Assembly (NCBI RefSeq): GCF_963921235.1
Contig: NC_086114.1
Span: forward strand, 36,084,001 to 36,148,000
Length of the DNA: 64,000 nucleotides
Direction of reading: 5' to 3'
Origin: Mobula hypostoma
Taxonomy: Eukaryota
Shown here: one piece after another, positions 35,525 through 48,317 of the stretch
Position numbering within the stretch: the stretch's first letter is position 1
Layout: each line of letters opens with the position of its first letter
Notes under the pieces: model-generated
What the model saw: only the letters and a program-made list of their open reading frames with translations
What the model was told of the DNA's origin: nothing
Database searches by the model: none
Position numbers and translations under genes: made by a program

Positions 35525-36668
35525 GACACCATTATTCCTTTAGCTTAAAACTAAAGCTAATTATCTATTCTAAACACTCCTCACTATATAAGAAAGAGTC
35601 TATATAAACTATCATTCATTAGTCAAACCAAGAAGTTCACCTCTTCTTTAAATAGTTCGTCAATCAAAGGAAATCTTCAGCATATCAAAATTCTTCAAAG
35701 CCTGTTTTCTTTCATAAAATTATTCAGCAACCCAAATATCCTTCATGCGTCAGCCGACTTCATGATAGAGTTAATAAGGTCCAATGCTGCTTGGGGATCC
35801 GAAAACACATGAGGTGTAGAATCTTTAGGAAATAATTTTAATCGAGCTGGATAGCGGAGCAATGGAAAAAGTCCCTTTGCATAAGTAATTTTCATCGCTG
35901 GGGCAAATTTGATCTGCTGTTCCATAATTTCCTGTGGATAGTCTTTGTAAAAATGGATCTCGGAACCGTTAAATTTAAAAACTCTCTGTTTCCTTGCACA
36001 TTTTATGATTTGGTTTTTAACTTTAAAGCGAAGAAAGTTGACCAAAATAGGCTGAGGTTTACCTGAAATCTAAGAATTCGAAATGGAAATTTTATGAGCT
36101 CTTTCAATATCAGGAGGTTGAGGTAGAATATCCGGAAACAAAGACTGAAACAAATTGGCAAAATAGTCCAATAAATTCCCACTCTCAGAACCTTCTTTGA
36201 GTTCGATAATTCGTATATTATTCCGACGAGACTTCACTTCTAAATTGACAATTTTACGTTGAACCTGTTCCAAGTGGGTTGAAATATCCACAATCTGACG
36301 TTTTGATTCTTTAAACTCAGTATTCAAGGAAATAATATTTTCTTCAATAGACTGAAAACTCTGTCGGAACGACTTCAACTCAGAAGTGTTATTGTCTATT
36401 TTGTTGTCGAGAGCCATCAACGCACGTTCCAAACGCTCAGCCCAGACAGGCATATCTTCCGATTTTTCTTTCAAAGTTTTTCCCTTTCCATTGCTGGATT
36501 CAAAAGGCAGCTTTCCACTTCTTAAAGGATATGACATAATGACAACTATTTCCCTCTAAGATCTGAGAAATAAAAGTTAAAAATTCAAGGTTTAAACTGG
36601 GGAAAAGGAGCAATTAAAGGCAGCCGCAAAATGTATGTATTACTCCATCGAGCCGCAGGTGGAAGTCT
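35525..36668 (-). mobile_element. L1/Tx1-clade 5' half: 5'UTR + ORF1 (36537-35743, one stop at ~36070) + spacer; no ORF2
   Basis: MSYPLRSGK...LEVKSRRNNIRIIELKEG...DIERAH...FYKDYPQEI..RYPARL, homologous to ORF1 of the 21-27 kb L1; 5'UTR similar to 26890-26990. Confidence 0.9.
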
Positions 36669-39479
36669 GGGCCGAAGACTTGACAGTGGTCCTTATCAGC
36701 TTTCCTTTACTCAGTCCTATGTAAAATATCCTTGTACCTCGAATTTCTTGAAGCAAATTCAGAAATGAAAACGGCAGATACCCCATAACAATCTGTTGGA
36801 GATAATGGCACCATGTCCCTGAAGAAACTGGATAAGATAACTGAGCCTCTCTATGTGGATGTTTCAGAAGATGTCTTTTTACCTTTAGTAACTGAACAAA
36901 AACTGGAATGTTATGTAGAAATGCAAATATTAACAAACATAAACATTCAATCCAACAGATTCCAGCCAGTGTTTGTGCCCAACATGGACCACTTACCACT
37001 CATCAATGCAACACGTCCCTTCCTTTATTTTTACCTATTTACCTTCCACTTGACTTGATGTTTGCTATTCAGCTAATATACTCAATTGACCTGATGATAT
37101 TTTGCAACTCTCTGGGTAAAAAATCTTGAATTTTTTATTAAGTTTCTTGGTGACTCTCTTATTTTCATGGGCTGTGGTTTTGATCTTGCCCAGTAGTTGA
37201 GGTACTTTATCTATATCAACCCCTCTACCCCATCAGTCTTTCCTTAATATTAATGGAACTTTAATCAGATCTGAAGAACAGAGTACCAGTTTGATCCACT
37301 AAAATTTCATCAGTATGGCAAAATACTTATTTCAGGACTACATAAACAGCTGAACCATTTTCGTCAGTTCTCCAGAACTGTGTAGGGATCCAAGATTGAT
37401 CTTTAGGACTTAGGGAGAGAAACAAGCATTGAACCCTATAATTGATGTTCACTTTAATTGATGCTATTTCAAAAATATTGCTGCTGATGGAAAGAATTGT
37501 TACTGAGCTGCTGAGTTACAGGAAGCTGGTCACAGGGTCAAAGCTACAGGGATGCATCCAGTCAGAGTTGGTAACCGTACTGGAGGAGGTCCCTTCAGGT
37601 AGTCTAGTGATATCTTTGTCAACAATTAATTCCAGGATTATTAGATGGGTACCAATATGAGTTATGCTAAAAGTTCCAGAGAGGACAAGTAAAACACAGA
37701 TTCCAGCTTCTGACCACTTAGAAGGACCAAGTTACTATTGGCTGTGATGAATCCGACACTGAGAGCTCACTTGCAAGAGAGGGGTGGTTTTAACTTGTGA
37801 CATTAGTGTAAAACTGGGGATATTGGATTGGCTGCTCACTATATACATCCATAATAAGGGCAACAATTAGGGACCATTGCATTAACATCAATGGAAAGTG
37901 GGTGTACAAGCTACTGAGGTAACCTTGACCATTTCAGCATATACCTTCAACTATAGTTCTTTATGACACAGGAGGTTGTTATTTGGCCCATCATGTCTAT
38001 GCCAGCCCACCAAGCAATCTCATTTCACACTATATTTTTTCCTGTAATTTCTTCTCCCCACATTTCTATCAATTCCCACTTCCATGAGAGACAATTGACC
38101 ATGACCAGCACATCTTTGGGACATGGGAGGAAACCAGAACACCTGGTGTAAACTCTGCACAGAGTGTACCGAAGAGTAGGATTGAAACTGAGGGCTGGAG
38201 CCCTTCTAACCTCACCACTGTGCTGCAGGGTTCATCTGAGAACTGATCACTTTGAAGAGAGCAACAGAAGGAATTCAGTATTTATTGAGTTACAGACTGT
38301 GGGGTTATACCTCTCCTTTCCCATGAGAGTCAGTACTTTTGATTCAAACACAACATTGTGGCAAAGTCAATATTTATTGTTCATCCTTGATTTCTTTTGA
38401 AATGTGGCATACTGAGCTGTTTCAGTTAAAAGTCTACTACTGTGGTCTGGTGTCACATTGGGTAAAACGACAGATTTTCTTCTACAAAGGGAATCAGTAA
38501 ACTGGATGGGTTTATACAAACATTTGGTAATTTCTTGGCTTTATGCAATTGTATTTAATTTGCCAGCTGTGTGAGCTCATAAATTTGAATACAAGTCCAA
38601 TGATGTAATCGCTATGCTACCACACCTCGAGGAGCAGGAGAGCAAACTGCCTGTTCTGCTGGGACTGCTGAGGAGAGCTGTGGTCTATCTGCTCCTCCGC
38701 AATGCAACTGTATTTTATGCTGCAGGTTTCTCCCTGTTTATTTTTAATTTGCTAATTTTTCTGTGCAATAATGGAAACACTGGGTAGCATTAATTGGAAC
38801 AAGGCTCTGTGGAGCACAGGACGGTCTCACAGGAGGTTACTGGGTGGACAATATTGTGTCTGGAACTCCTTATGTTCTGTCACTTTAATTATAGGTGACT
38901 GTGACACAACATTTCCCAATCACTGCACCAAAGGGGTCAACCATTTCACTCTATCCGACTATAGCTCACTGCTCCTCACTTCAACCCCCTCCAGAATCTG
39001 TTTTCCATGGGTGAGAGATGGTGATTGTGGTTTCTATTTGACTGAAGCACCACAGTCAATGCATCTTGTAACATTCACTGCCATTATTAAAGTCAAGTGA
39101 ATGATTTACACGTTTTACGAATCACTTTGGCTTGACCATCCTTTTCATATAGGAGCTGATTAAATAATTTAGATCCCAGAACTCACATAATGGGCAGCAT
39201 CTCTGAGCATTATCTCACCTGAGCTGGAACTCTGAAGATTCAAGACCTTTTTGTTGAATCTTCAACATGAAATCTCAGTCGACTGAAAAGTATTTCATTG
39301 TTGATGCTATGTTTCAGATGAGATTTGTAAACCTAACCAACACCATTTTTCTTGGGTGTTAGATGAAATCTCATGAGATTACTCAAAGAGGAACAAACTT
39401 TCTCCTCTTGTCCTGATCAACATTACTCGCACCCAACATCCCTAACTCCCATTGCCCCCAACATTATAGATGGGATCAG

Positions 39480-39800
39480 AGAGATTCATAGAATTATACA
39501 GCAAGAAAACAAGCCTGTTGCCTGCTGGCCCAACTAATCCATGCTGACCAAGTTGCCTTCCTGAGCTAGTCTCATTTGCCTGTGTTGATCCATATCCCTG
39601 TCAATCTTTCCTATCCATGTGCCTGTCCAAATGTGTTTTAAACAGAGTAATTGTACCCACTTCTACCACTTCCTCTGGCAGCTCACTCCCTACACCCACA
39701 ACCCTCCGTGTGAAAATCTTGACCCTCAGGTCCCCTTTAACCCTTTCCCCACTAGTTTTAGACACCCCTACCCTGGGTAAAAGGCTGGATCATTCACTTT
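39480..39800 (-). mobile_element. CR1 3' fragment
   Basis: Reverse complement of CR1 C-terminus (accacttcctctggcagct..., ccctccgtgtgaaaa). Confidence 0.7.
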
Positions 39801-40544
39801 ATCTGTTACTTAGTCATTTATCTTGATTCTGTTAATGGGATTTTTGCTATGTATGTCATAGCCCCTTGAAGACAGGGAGTTCATGGAAAATACTTCACTA
39901 GTTGCAAAAAGAATTTAGCTGCCTTGATCAGGGAAAGTGCTGAACAAGAGTGAATACTTTCATCTTGTATGTGTTGTTCCTGTATCCCAGCAACAGAGTG
40001 TTAGGCCCAGCTTCTGGTGATAACCATTCTACCAGATGAGAGGAGCTGGGACCCAGTGGACGGAAGCAAACCAGTATGAAGTAATGTTAAAGAATCAGAC
40101 TGTGAGTTCAGCCTAATCTGCAGGATGAAGGTTTATTCACAGACTGCAAATTATCTCAGCAAGGGAGATCTCAAATCAGAAGCTTTACTTAAAATGGCTT
40201 TTTTTCCCCATAAGACGTTCTGGTCTTTATGCTGAGAAAAGTGGTTAAAAAGTATTGATGGTCTAATAAAGCAGCTCATGCAGTTGATGCAGAAATGGAA
40301 TGTTTCATAATGTCAAAATTAAAGCCACACATCGATTCCAGCAGATTGCAGAACGCAGCTGTAATCACAACCCTGCCAATACAACATATTGTAATAGCAG
40401 GGAACAGCTGTGAAGTATCTGCCTACTGCTGAAATATCAAGGGGAGTTCAGGGTTAACCTGCTTTAGACAATAAGGGACGATTTGAAACAGAAATTAAGT
40501 GTAGTGGATATGTGAGTGGATGAATCTGACGGAATTGTTGAGAA

Positions 40545-40810
40545 TATGGGAGTGTAGATTAGAGCTGGGATCTGTAGAGGGAGTGAACTGTACACCAGAG
40601 CTGGGGTTTGTGTGGGAGTGGGATGTACAGGCAGAGAGGGAATCAGGTGTACACCAGAGCTGGGGTCCGTAGTGGGAGTGGGCTGTACACCAGAGCTGGG
40701 GTCCGTAGTGGGAGTGGACTGTACACCAGCGTTGGGGTTTGCTGTAGGAGTGGGGTGTTCAGGACAGTATTGGGAACTGTAGTAAGAGTGTACACCAAAA
40801 CTGGGGCCTC
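40545..40810. repeat. 36-bp minisatellite, ~6-7 degenerate copies
   Basis: gtacaccagagctggggtccgtagtgggagtgg(g/a)ct; best copies at ~40649, 40685 and 40721. Confidence 0.85.
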
Positions 40811-41254
40811 TAGTGCAGTGTTCATCCCAACTAAATCTCAGGAAAAATATGTTCTGTTGTAAGAACAAAATAAATCCTCATGATATGTCACATAAAGAGG
40901 TAAAATGAACAAGTGAAGCTGAAAACAAACCACTGGGGGAATTTGGTGGGTCAGGAAGCATCTGTGGAGACAGGAATGGTTGATGTTTTAGGTTGTCACC
41001 CTGCATCAAGGACTGTGAGTGTAAAGGGGAGATGGTTGGTATAAAGAGGTGAGAGGGAGGGAGAAGCAGGGTTGCCTGATGAAAACTAAAACCAGGTAAA
41101 GAGATGGGCAGCAGGAGCCTGGTGAGCAAGCAGAGGTGGGGGTAGAGACAAAGGCTGGGAGCTGATAAGTGGAGGTAATAAGGGGTTTCAGATTCTGAAT
41201 CTATATTTAGGGAAGTTAATGACCTATCAGGGCACAGCAACACAGCCAGATCAT

Positions 41255-42870
41255 TGGCATTGTGGCTGGCTCTGAGGCTCAGAAGGGAAGGGTTAAGTCA
41301 GGCAGAATGATAGTGGTTGGAGACTCATTAGTTAAGAGGGCAGACAGCAGGTTCTGTGGCCACGAAAGAAAAGCAAGGTTGGCGAGTCGCGTTCCAGGTG
41401 CTAGGCTCCAGGAATTTTCAAAACAGTTGCAGAATGTTCTCAGGAGGGAGGGTGAACAGCCAGAGGTTGTAGTGCACATTGACACCAATGACGTGGCTGG
41501 ATAGGGGCAAGAGGTCCTGCGCAGTGGGTACAGGGAGTTAGGGAAGAGGCTGAAGTGCAGGACCGCCAAGGTAGTGATCTCTGGATCACTCCCAGTTCCA
41601 CATGCTAGTCAGGGCAGGAATAGGATGATAGTACAGATGAATGAGTGGTGGAGGAAGTGGTGCAGGGGGCAGGGTTTAGATTTCTGGATCATTGGGATTT
41701 CTTCTGGGGAAGAAATGACCTGTACAAAAAGGACAGATTACACCTGAACCCGAGGGAGACCAGCATCCTTGTGGGCAGGTTTGCTAGAGCTGTTGGGGAG
41801 GGTTTAAACTAAGTTGGCAGGGGGGTGGGAACTGGAGTGATAGGGCTGAGGATAAGGGAGTTGGTATACTGTGTGTAGTTAGACTGTGAGGAAGGACAGG
41901 CAAATGATAGGCCAAATTTGCAGTCAGAATGAGTTGAAGTGTAATGGCGGCAAAACTGAAAAGGGCGATGAATGCAGGATTGAAGATGTTATATTTGAAT
42001 GTATGCAATGTGTGGAATAAGGTAAATGATTTTGTAGTGCAGTTAGAGATTAGCCGGTATGACATGGTAGGCATCACAGAGTCGTGGTTGAAAGAAGATC
42101 ATAGTTGTGAGTTTAAGATCCACGGATACACCTTGTATCGAAAGAACAGGCAGGTAGGCAGAGGGGGTGGGGTGGCTCTGTTGGTGAAAAATGAAATCAA
42201 AACCCTTATAAAAGGGTGACATAAGATCAGAAGATATAGAATCTTGTGTGTATAGTTAAGAAACTGCAAGGGTAAAAAGATCCTGATGGGGGTTATATAC
42301 AGGCCCCCGAACAGTAGCCAGTGTGTGGGATATAAATTTCAACAGGGCATGTAATAAGGACAATGTTATAATAATCATGGGGGAATTTCAATATGCAGGT
42401 AGATTGGGAAAATCAAGGTTGGTGCTGGATCCCAAGAAGGAATTAGTAGAATGCCTACAACGTGGCTTTTTAGTACAGCTTATGGTGAGCCCACGAGGGG
42501 AAAGGCAATTCTGGATTGGGTGTAATGAACCAAATTTGCTTAAGGTAAAAGAACCCTTAGGAGTCAGTGATCATAATATGATGGAATTCACCTTACATTT
42601 CGAGTGGGAGAGGATAGATAAGATATATCAATATTACTGTGGAGTAAAGAGAATTACAGTGGCATTACAGAGGAGCTGGCCATAGTTGATTGGAAGGGGA
42701 CACTACCAGGAATAATGGCAGAACAGCAATGGCTGGAATTTCTGGGGGCAATTCAGAAGTCACAGGATAGATTCTGTACATCTCAAAGATGAAGGAATAT
42801 TCTAAAAGGAAGATGAGACAATTGTGGCTGACAAATGAAGTCAAAGACAGCATAAAGGAAAAGAGGGGGC
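41255..42870 (+). mobile_element. CR1 LINE 5' part: ORF1 SGNH esterase and ORF2 endonuclease, degraded
   Basis: IVVGDSLV, VVVHIDTND (esterase); LYLN, VGITESW, GGGVAL, SDHN (APE endonuclease). Confidence 0.9.
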
Positions 42871-42874
42871 ACTG

Positions 42875-44180
42875 ACGACTGCATTGGTGCTGCTTCCTAC
42901 ACCCATGCTGAGCTTATTGATATCATCAACTTTGTCTCCATCTACTACCCTGCCTTCAAATTTACCTGGTCCAGTTCCAACACTTCCCTCCCTTTTCTCA
43001 ATCTCTCTGTCTATCTCTGGAAACAGTTTATCCACTGATGCCTTTTACAAACTGATTCTCACAGCTACCTGGACTATACCTCTTCCCACTCTGTCACTTG
43101 TAGAACTGCCATCTCATTCTCTCATTTCCTCCATCTCCACCACTTCAGCTCTCAGGATGAGGCTTTTCCTTCCAGAGCTAATGAAAGGGGCTCTTCTTCC
43201 TCCACCATCAAAACTGCCCTCATCTCTTCCATTTCATGCACATCTGCCCTCACCCCATTACGGATAGGGTTCCTCTTTTCCTCTTGTCCTTACCTACCAC
43301 CCCATCAACCTCCACGTCCAGCACATAATTCTCCATAACTTCTGGCACCTCCAATGGGATCCCACCACCAAGCACATATTTTCCACCCCCCCCTCACTTT
43401 CCACAGGGATCACTCCCTATGCGACTCCCTTGTCCATTCGTTCCTCCCCACTGATCTCCCTCCTGGCACTTATCCTTGCAAACGGAACAAGTGCTACACC
43501 TCCTCCCTCACTACCAATCAGGAACCCAAACAGTCCTTCCCCGGTGAGGCAACATTTCACCTGTGAGTCTGCTAGGGGGGGGGGGGTCATCTACTGTATC
43601 CGGTGCTCCCAGTGTGGCCTCCTATCGGTGAGACCTGACATAGATTGGAAAACCATGTCCACAAGAAAAAGTGGGATCCATTTCAATTCTACTTCCCATT
43701 CCAACATGTCAGTCCATGGTGTCCTTTGCTGCCATGATGAGGCCACACTATGGTTGGAGGAGCAATACCTTATATTTTGTCTGGGTAGCCTCAACCTCAA
43801 ACGATTTCTCAAACTTCCGGTAATGCCCCCCCCCCACTTTTTCCCTCTCTCACCTTATTTCCGTACTTGCCCATCACCTCCCTCTGGTGCTCCTCCCCCT
43901 TCCATTTCTTCTATGGCCTCCTTTCCTGTCCTATCAGATTCCCCCTTCTCCAGTCCTTTATCTTTCACCAATTGATTTCCCAGCTCTTTACTTCACCCCT
44001 CCACCTCTCCCAGTTTAATCTATCACCTTGTACTTCTTCCTTTCCGCCCCACCTCCTTCCACTGACTTCTAATCTCTTTTTCCAGTCCTGATGAAGGGTC
44101 TCAGCCCGAAACGTCGACTGTACTTTTTTCTATAGATGCTGCCTGGCCCTCTGAGTTCATCCAGCATTTTGTGCGTTTTA
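42875..44180 (+). mobile_element. Penelope-like element 3' part (RT C-terminus, GIY-YIG remnant, terminal repeat with hammerhead)
   Basis: QHFTCES...VIYCIRCSQCGLL, HFNSTSHS, LEEQYLIFCLG; pyrimidine-rich tail; terminal repeat ctgatgaagggtctcagcccgaaacgtcgac. Confidence 0.85.
44083..44120 (+). ncRNA. Minimal type-I hammerhead ribozyme in a Penelope terminal repeat
   Basis: CAGTC-CTGATGA-A-GGG-TCTCAG-CCC-GAA-ACGT-C-GACTG: stem I CAGTC/GACTG, CUGAUGA core, stem II GGG/CCC, GAAA core, palindromic ACGU stem III, GUC cleavage triplet ending at 44115. Confidence 0.75.
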
Positions 44181-44299
44181 CACTGCAATGAACATTTTTG
44201 TTTTGAGCCTAATGTTGAACATTCATTTCCCTCTATAGATGCTGTCTGACTTGCTGAGTACCTCCAGCATTTAGAGTGAGGTCCTCCAGCATCTCTTAT

Positions 44300-45990
44300 G
44301 TCTCCAAGGAAGGAGTTAAGATGAGGAACAGGATAGATATTAAATACAGAGAATGAAGGGTGCCCTCAATAAGAAAAAATATGAAGCAATTAAGAGGGAA
44401 GTTGGAAAAACAGATAAAGGAAAGGAGGAATTATGAAATTAAATCATCAAAGAAGATAAGCAAATTAATAACATATTTTAAGAGCAAATTAATAAAGAAA
44501 GGAAAATTGGGACAGGAATAAGGCAACCAAGTGATGAAGAGGGGTTCTCCCCAGTTTAGAGCAAAGTTCTGTCTATGTGAACTGCAAATCAATCCCACCA
44601 CCTCCCAAACACTTGTCCATATGGATGGGCTGTACATAGTTCAGGTGTTCATAAGCTGGCACACAGGCAATGACAGGACGATGGCAGAAATGTTAACTTA
44701 TTATTTTGCTGTAGTATTTACTAGTGATATGGAATCAGATAATGAGATGAATATGGAATTAGTGCATTTAAAATGGGAAACTATATTGAGTAAACTGATC
44801 AGAAAAGATCATAAACTTTCATCTGGAAAGATTGCATCAATAATGTTAAAATCTAAGAAAAAGATAGTGAAGATATTAGTACACATATTTAATAACTTAT
44901 TTTAAAAAAGGCAGATAATTAATATACTACCAATATTCTAAAAAAGGGGTTAGAATCTCTCCAGAGAATAATAGACCAATCAGCTTAATATTGCTGGAAA
45001 GAATTCTGACAAAAAGAGATGAGAACAGTATTGAAAATAAAATCTATAATAATCAGCACCATAGTGGCTTTGGAATGATAAAGAGTGACTGGAAGAGTAA
45101 TCTTGCTGCATTGTAAAAATGGAGTAGGTATTGGTATTGAAATATATGTAATTCAGCTAGATTTCCCATAGAACTCTAAAGAATGTAGTTAGAGGCAGAG
45201 AGCAAAGTAGATTGCTGGCTAGATACGAGACAGAAACAAGGAGTAATGGGCAGCTAGTAGGCAAGAACCAGAAGCTGGGACCACCATTCCTCACAAATTA
45301 CACTGATGATCCAGACAAGGAATCAAAAATATTTTTTATGGTTTACAGATTGAGGAAAGAATAATACTAAGGAGGATGGCAACAAATCACAAAAGGATAA
45401 TAAATGTGCAGAATGGTTCGGCAGAGATACATTGGACCATACTTGGAGTACAATTCTGATCACATTATTAATAAACCTGATTCTGATTCCAAGGTAATGG
45501 AGAAGATACAGATCTGTACAAACTCCACTTTCCCCAATTGAAGAAAAATGAAGAATGATAAAGCAAAAATCTTTAAAACAAGAAAGAGGTTTTGATAGAG
45601 TGGATACAGAATGTTCCACTTGTTGGTGGTATTATGTATAGTTCAGTAATATTGAAATATATTATATTGTTTGGTTAAGCATTGTTTTGTTGTTTACATA
45701 ATCATTATGAATTATATGCAAAAATATACAAATTCCATACATCTTGATGCTCCCATGTGATACATACACACCTCGCTTAAAACTAAACACAAAGTTAGGC
45801 TCTCATTTTGGACCCTTGCTTGTCTTCCAATTAGTTTGTTTTAAGTTTTGCGATTACAAAACATAATAGGTGGGACTCAACTAGAGCCCATGAATATAAG
45901 AATGCCATCAAAAAATCCAATAGGGATTTTGATTAAATGTCTTCACTCTGACAGTGGGAGACTGGGAGTGGTTGAGGTTCACAGTGTAAA
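44300..45990 (+). mobile_element. Highly degraded CR1 ORF2 remnant
   Basis: Residual AEMLTYYFAVVFT, NNRPISL and gatagagtggatacaga..tgttccact. Confidence 0.5.
45630..45868. mobile_element. Probable solo LTR (239 bp)
   Basis: 8-bp inverted ends TATTATGT...ACATAATA; 5-bp TSD GGTGG at 45625-45629 and 45869-45873; interrupts a CR1 remnant. Confidence 0.7.
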
Positions 45991-46005
45991 TCTTCTCTGA
46001 GGATA

Positions 46006-46720
46006 GAATATAGAACATAGATCATAGAACAGTAGAGCACAGTACAGGCCCTTCGGCCCACAATGTTGTGCCGACCCTTAAACCCTGCCTCCCATATAAC
46101 CCCCACCTTAAATTCCTCCATATACCTGTCCAGTAGTCTCTTAAATTTCACTAGTGTATCTGCCTCCACTACTGACTCAGGCAGTGTATTCCACGCACCA
46201 ACCACTCTCTGAGTAAAAAACCTTCCTCTAATATCCCCCTTGAACTTCCCACCCCTTACCTTAAAGCCATGTCCTCTTGTATTGAGCAGTGGTGCCCTGG
46301 GGAAGAGGCGCTGGCTGTCCACTCTATCTATTCCTCTTAATATCCTGTATACCTCTATCATGTCTCCTCTCATCCTCCTTCTCTCCAGAGAGTAAAGCCC
46401 TGGCTCCCTTAATCTCTGATCATAATACATACTCTCTAAACCAGGCAGCATCCTGGTAAATTTCCTCTGTACCCTTTCCAATGCTTCCACATCCTTCCTA
46501 TAGTGAGGCGACCAGAACTGGACACACTACTCCAAGTGTGGCCTAACCAGAGTTTTATAGAGCTGCATCATTACCCCGCGACTCTTAAACTCTATCCCTC
46601 GACTTATGAAAGCTAACATTCCATAAGCTTTCTTAACTACCCTATCTACCTGTGAGGCAACTTACAGGGATCTGTGGACATGTACCCCCAGATCCCTCTG
46701 CTCCTCCACACTCCACAAGG
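46006..46720 (-). mobile_element. Young CR1 3' fragment
   Basis: Uninterrupted EALERVQRKFTRMLPG...TRGHGFKVRG..FFTQRVVGAWN; (catagaa)n tail. Confidence 0.92.
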
Positions 46721-46792
46721 ATCTTCACCTTGCTGTGGTGAAGAAACATGTGAGTTCTTGTTATCATTAGGATTATGCTATCTAGAGTTTAG

Positions 46793-47870
46793 CCATAAAA
46801 CCATAAAATTCAGGCGCAGAATTAGGCCACTTGGCCCATTCAGTCTGCTCTGCCATTTCATCATGGCTGATCCTTTTCCTCTCAGCCCCAGTCTCCTGTC
46901 TTCTCCCTGTAACCTTTCATGCCCTGACTAATCAAGAATATATCAACCTCTACCTTAAATATACCCAATCACTTGGCCTTCACAGCCACCTGTGGCAATG
47001 GAATCCACAGATTCACCACTCCCGGGCTAAAGAAATTCCTCCTCATCTCCGTCCTATGTGGACATCCCTCTATTCTGAGGCTGAGGCTGCGTCCTCTAGT
47101 CCTAGGTTCCCTCAACATAGGAAACATCCTCTCCCCATCCACAGAATCAAGGCCTTTCAACATTTGATAGGTTTCAATGAGATAACCAAGCATCTTTGGT
47201 ATCATCTTTAATATTATTGGCTAGCTTATCTCTGTATTCCATCTTTTCTGGCCTTCTGACTTTTTAGTTGCCTTCTGTTGGTTTTTAAAAGCTTCCCAAT
47301 CCTCTAACCCACTTATTTTTGATCTCTTTGGCTTTTAAGTTGGCTTTGACTTCCCTTGTCAGCCACAGCTGTGTCATCCTGCCTTTAGAATACTTTTTCT
47401 TCTTTAGAATGTATCTATCTTGTGCCTTCCTAATTGCTCCCAGAAACTCCAGCCATTGCTACTCACCATCATCCCTGCTAGAGTCTCCTACCAATCAACT
47501 TTGGACAGCTCTTCTCTCATGCCTCTGTAATTCCCTTTACTCCACTGTAATACTGATCCATTTGTCTTTAGCTTCTCCCTCTCAAATTGCACGGTGAATT
47601 CTATCATATTATGATCATTTCTCCCAAGGGCTCTCTAATCAATTCTGGTTCGTTGTGCAACACCTAATACAGAATAACTGATCCATAGTTGGGTCAACTA
47701 TGAGCTGCTCTAAAAAGCCATCTTGTAGGCATTCTACATGCTCCCCCTTTTGGGATCCAGCACCAAACTAATTTTCCCAATCTACCTGCATATTGAAATT
47801 CCCATGACTATTATAACATTGCCCTTTTGACATGCCTTTTCTATCCTTTTTTGTAGTCTTTAGCCTACAA
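46793..47870 (-). mobile_element. CR1 fragments (3' end 46793-47185 joined to an internal ORF2 piece 47187-47870)
   Basis: RTRGRSL, FFSPGVVNLW; GNFNMQVDWEN endonuclease-region motif. Confidence 0.8.
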
Positions 47871-48317
47871 TTCCTGGTAAGACCAGGAGCTAAGTGCCAT
47901 ATGGTGGTAAGTTCAAGGGGAAGGCTCCAGACAAAGATCAAACCAACCAAGACCTCAGTGGTCGAGTTGGCAGAAGATGATGACACATAACAACTGTAAG
48001 GAAGGTGGAGGAAGGCTGCAGCAGTAAAGAGTCCTCAGTCATCGTACATTCCATGCCACTGGACCCTCGCCCCCAGATCTGTCAAGGACAGTGTGGTTTC
48101 TGCCATGTGTCAAAGTCATGCAGAGGCATTCATCATTAAGTGAATTAACTGACAACCCTTTCGGACAACATCATACTCAATTCAAGTGATCACAAGATGC
48201 AAGAAGGTTCAAGTAGATCAACTGGTTTATTTCTAAACTGTATACCTTCTGTTATCCTGCATACATCCTCTTGAAGTCCATTGCCATCCTCTGGTATCAT
48301 CCGTAAATTTGGAAATT

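Noticed and set aside
37740-37765. Box C (GTGATGA) and box D (CTGA) suggesting a C/D snoRNA
   Set aside because: The boxes are only ~8 nt apart, there is no terminal stem and no evident host intron.
40464-40868. 134-aa Pro/Thr-rich mucin-like ORF
   Set aside because: Artefact of the 36-bp minisatellite; no splice or homology support.
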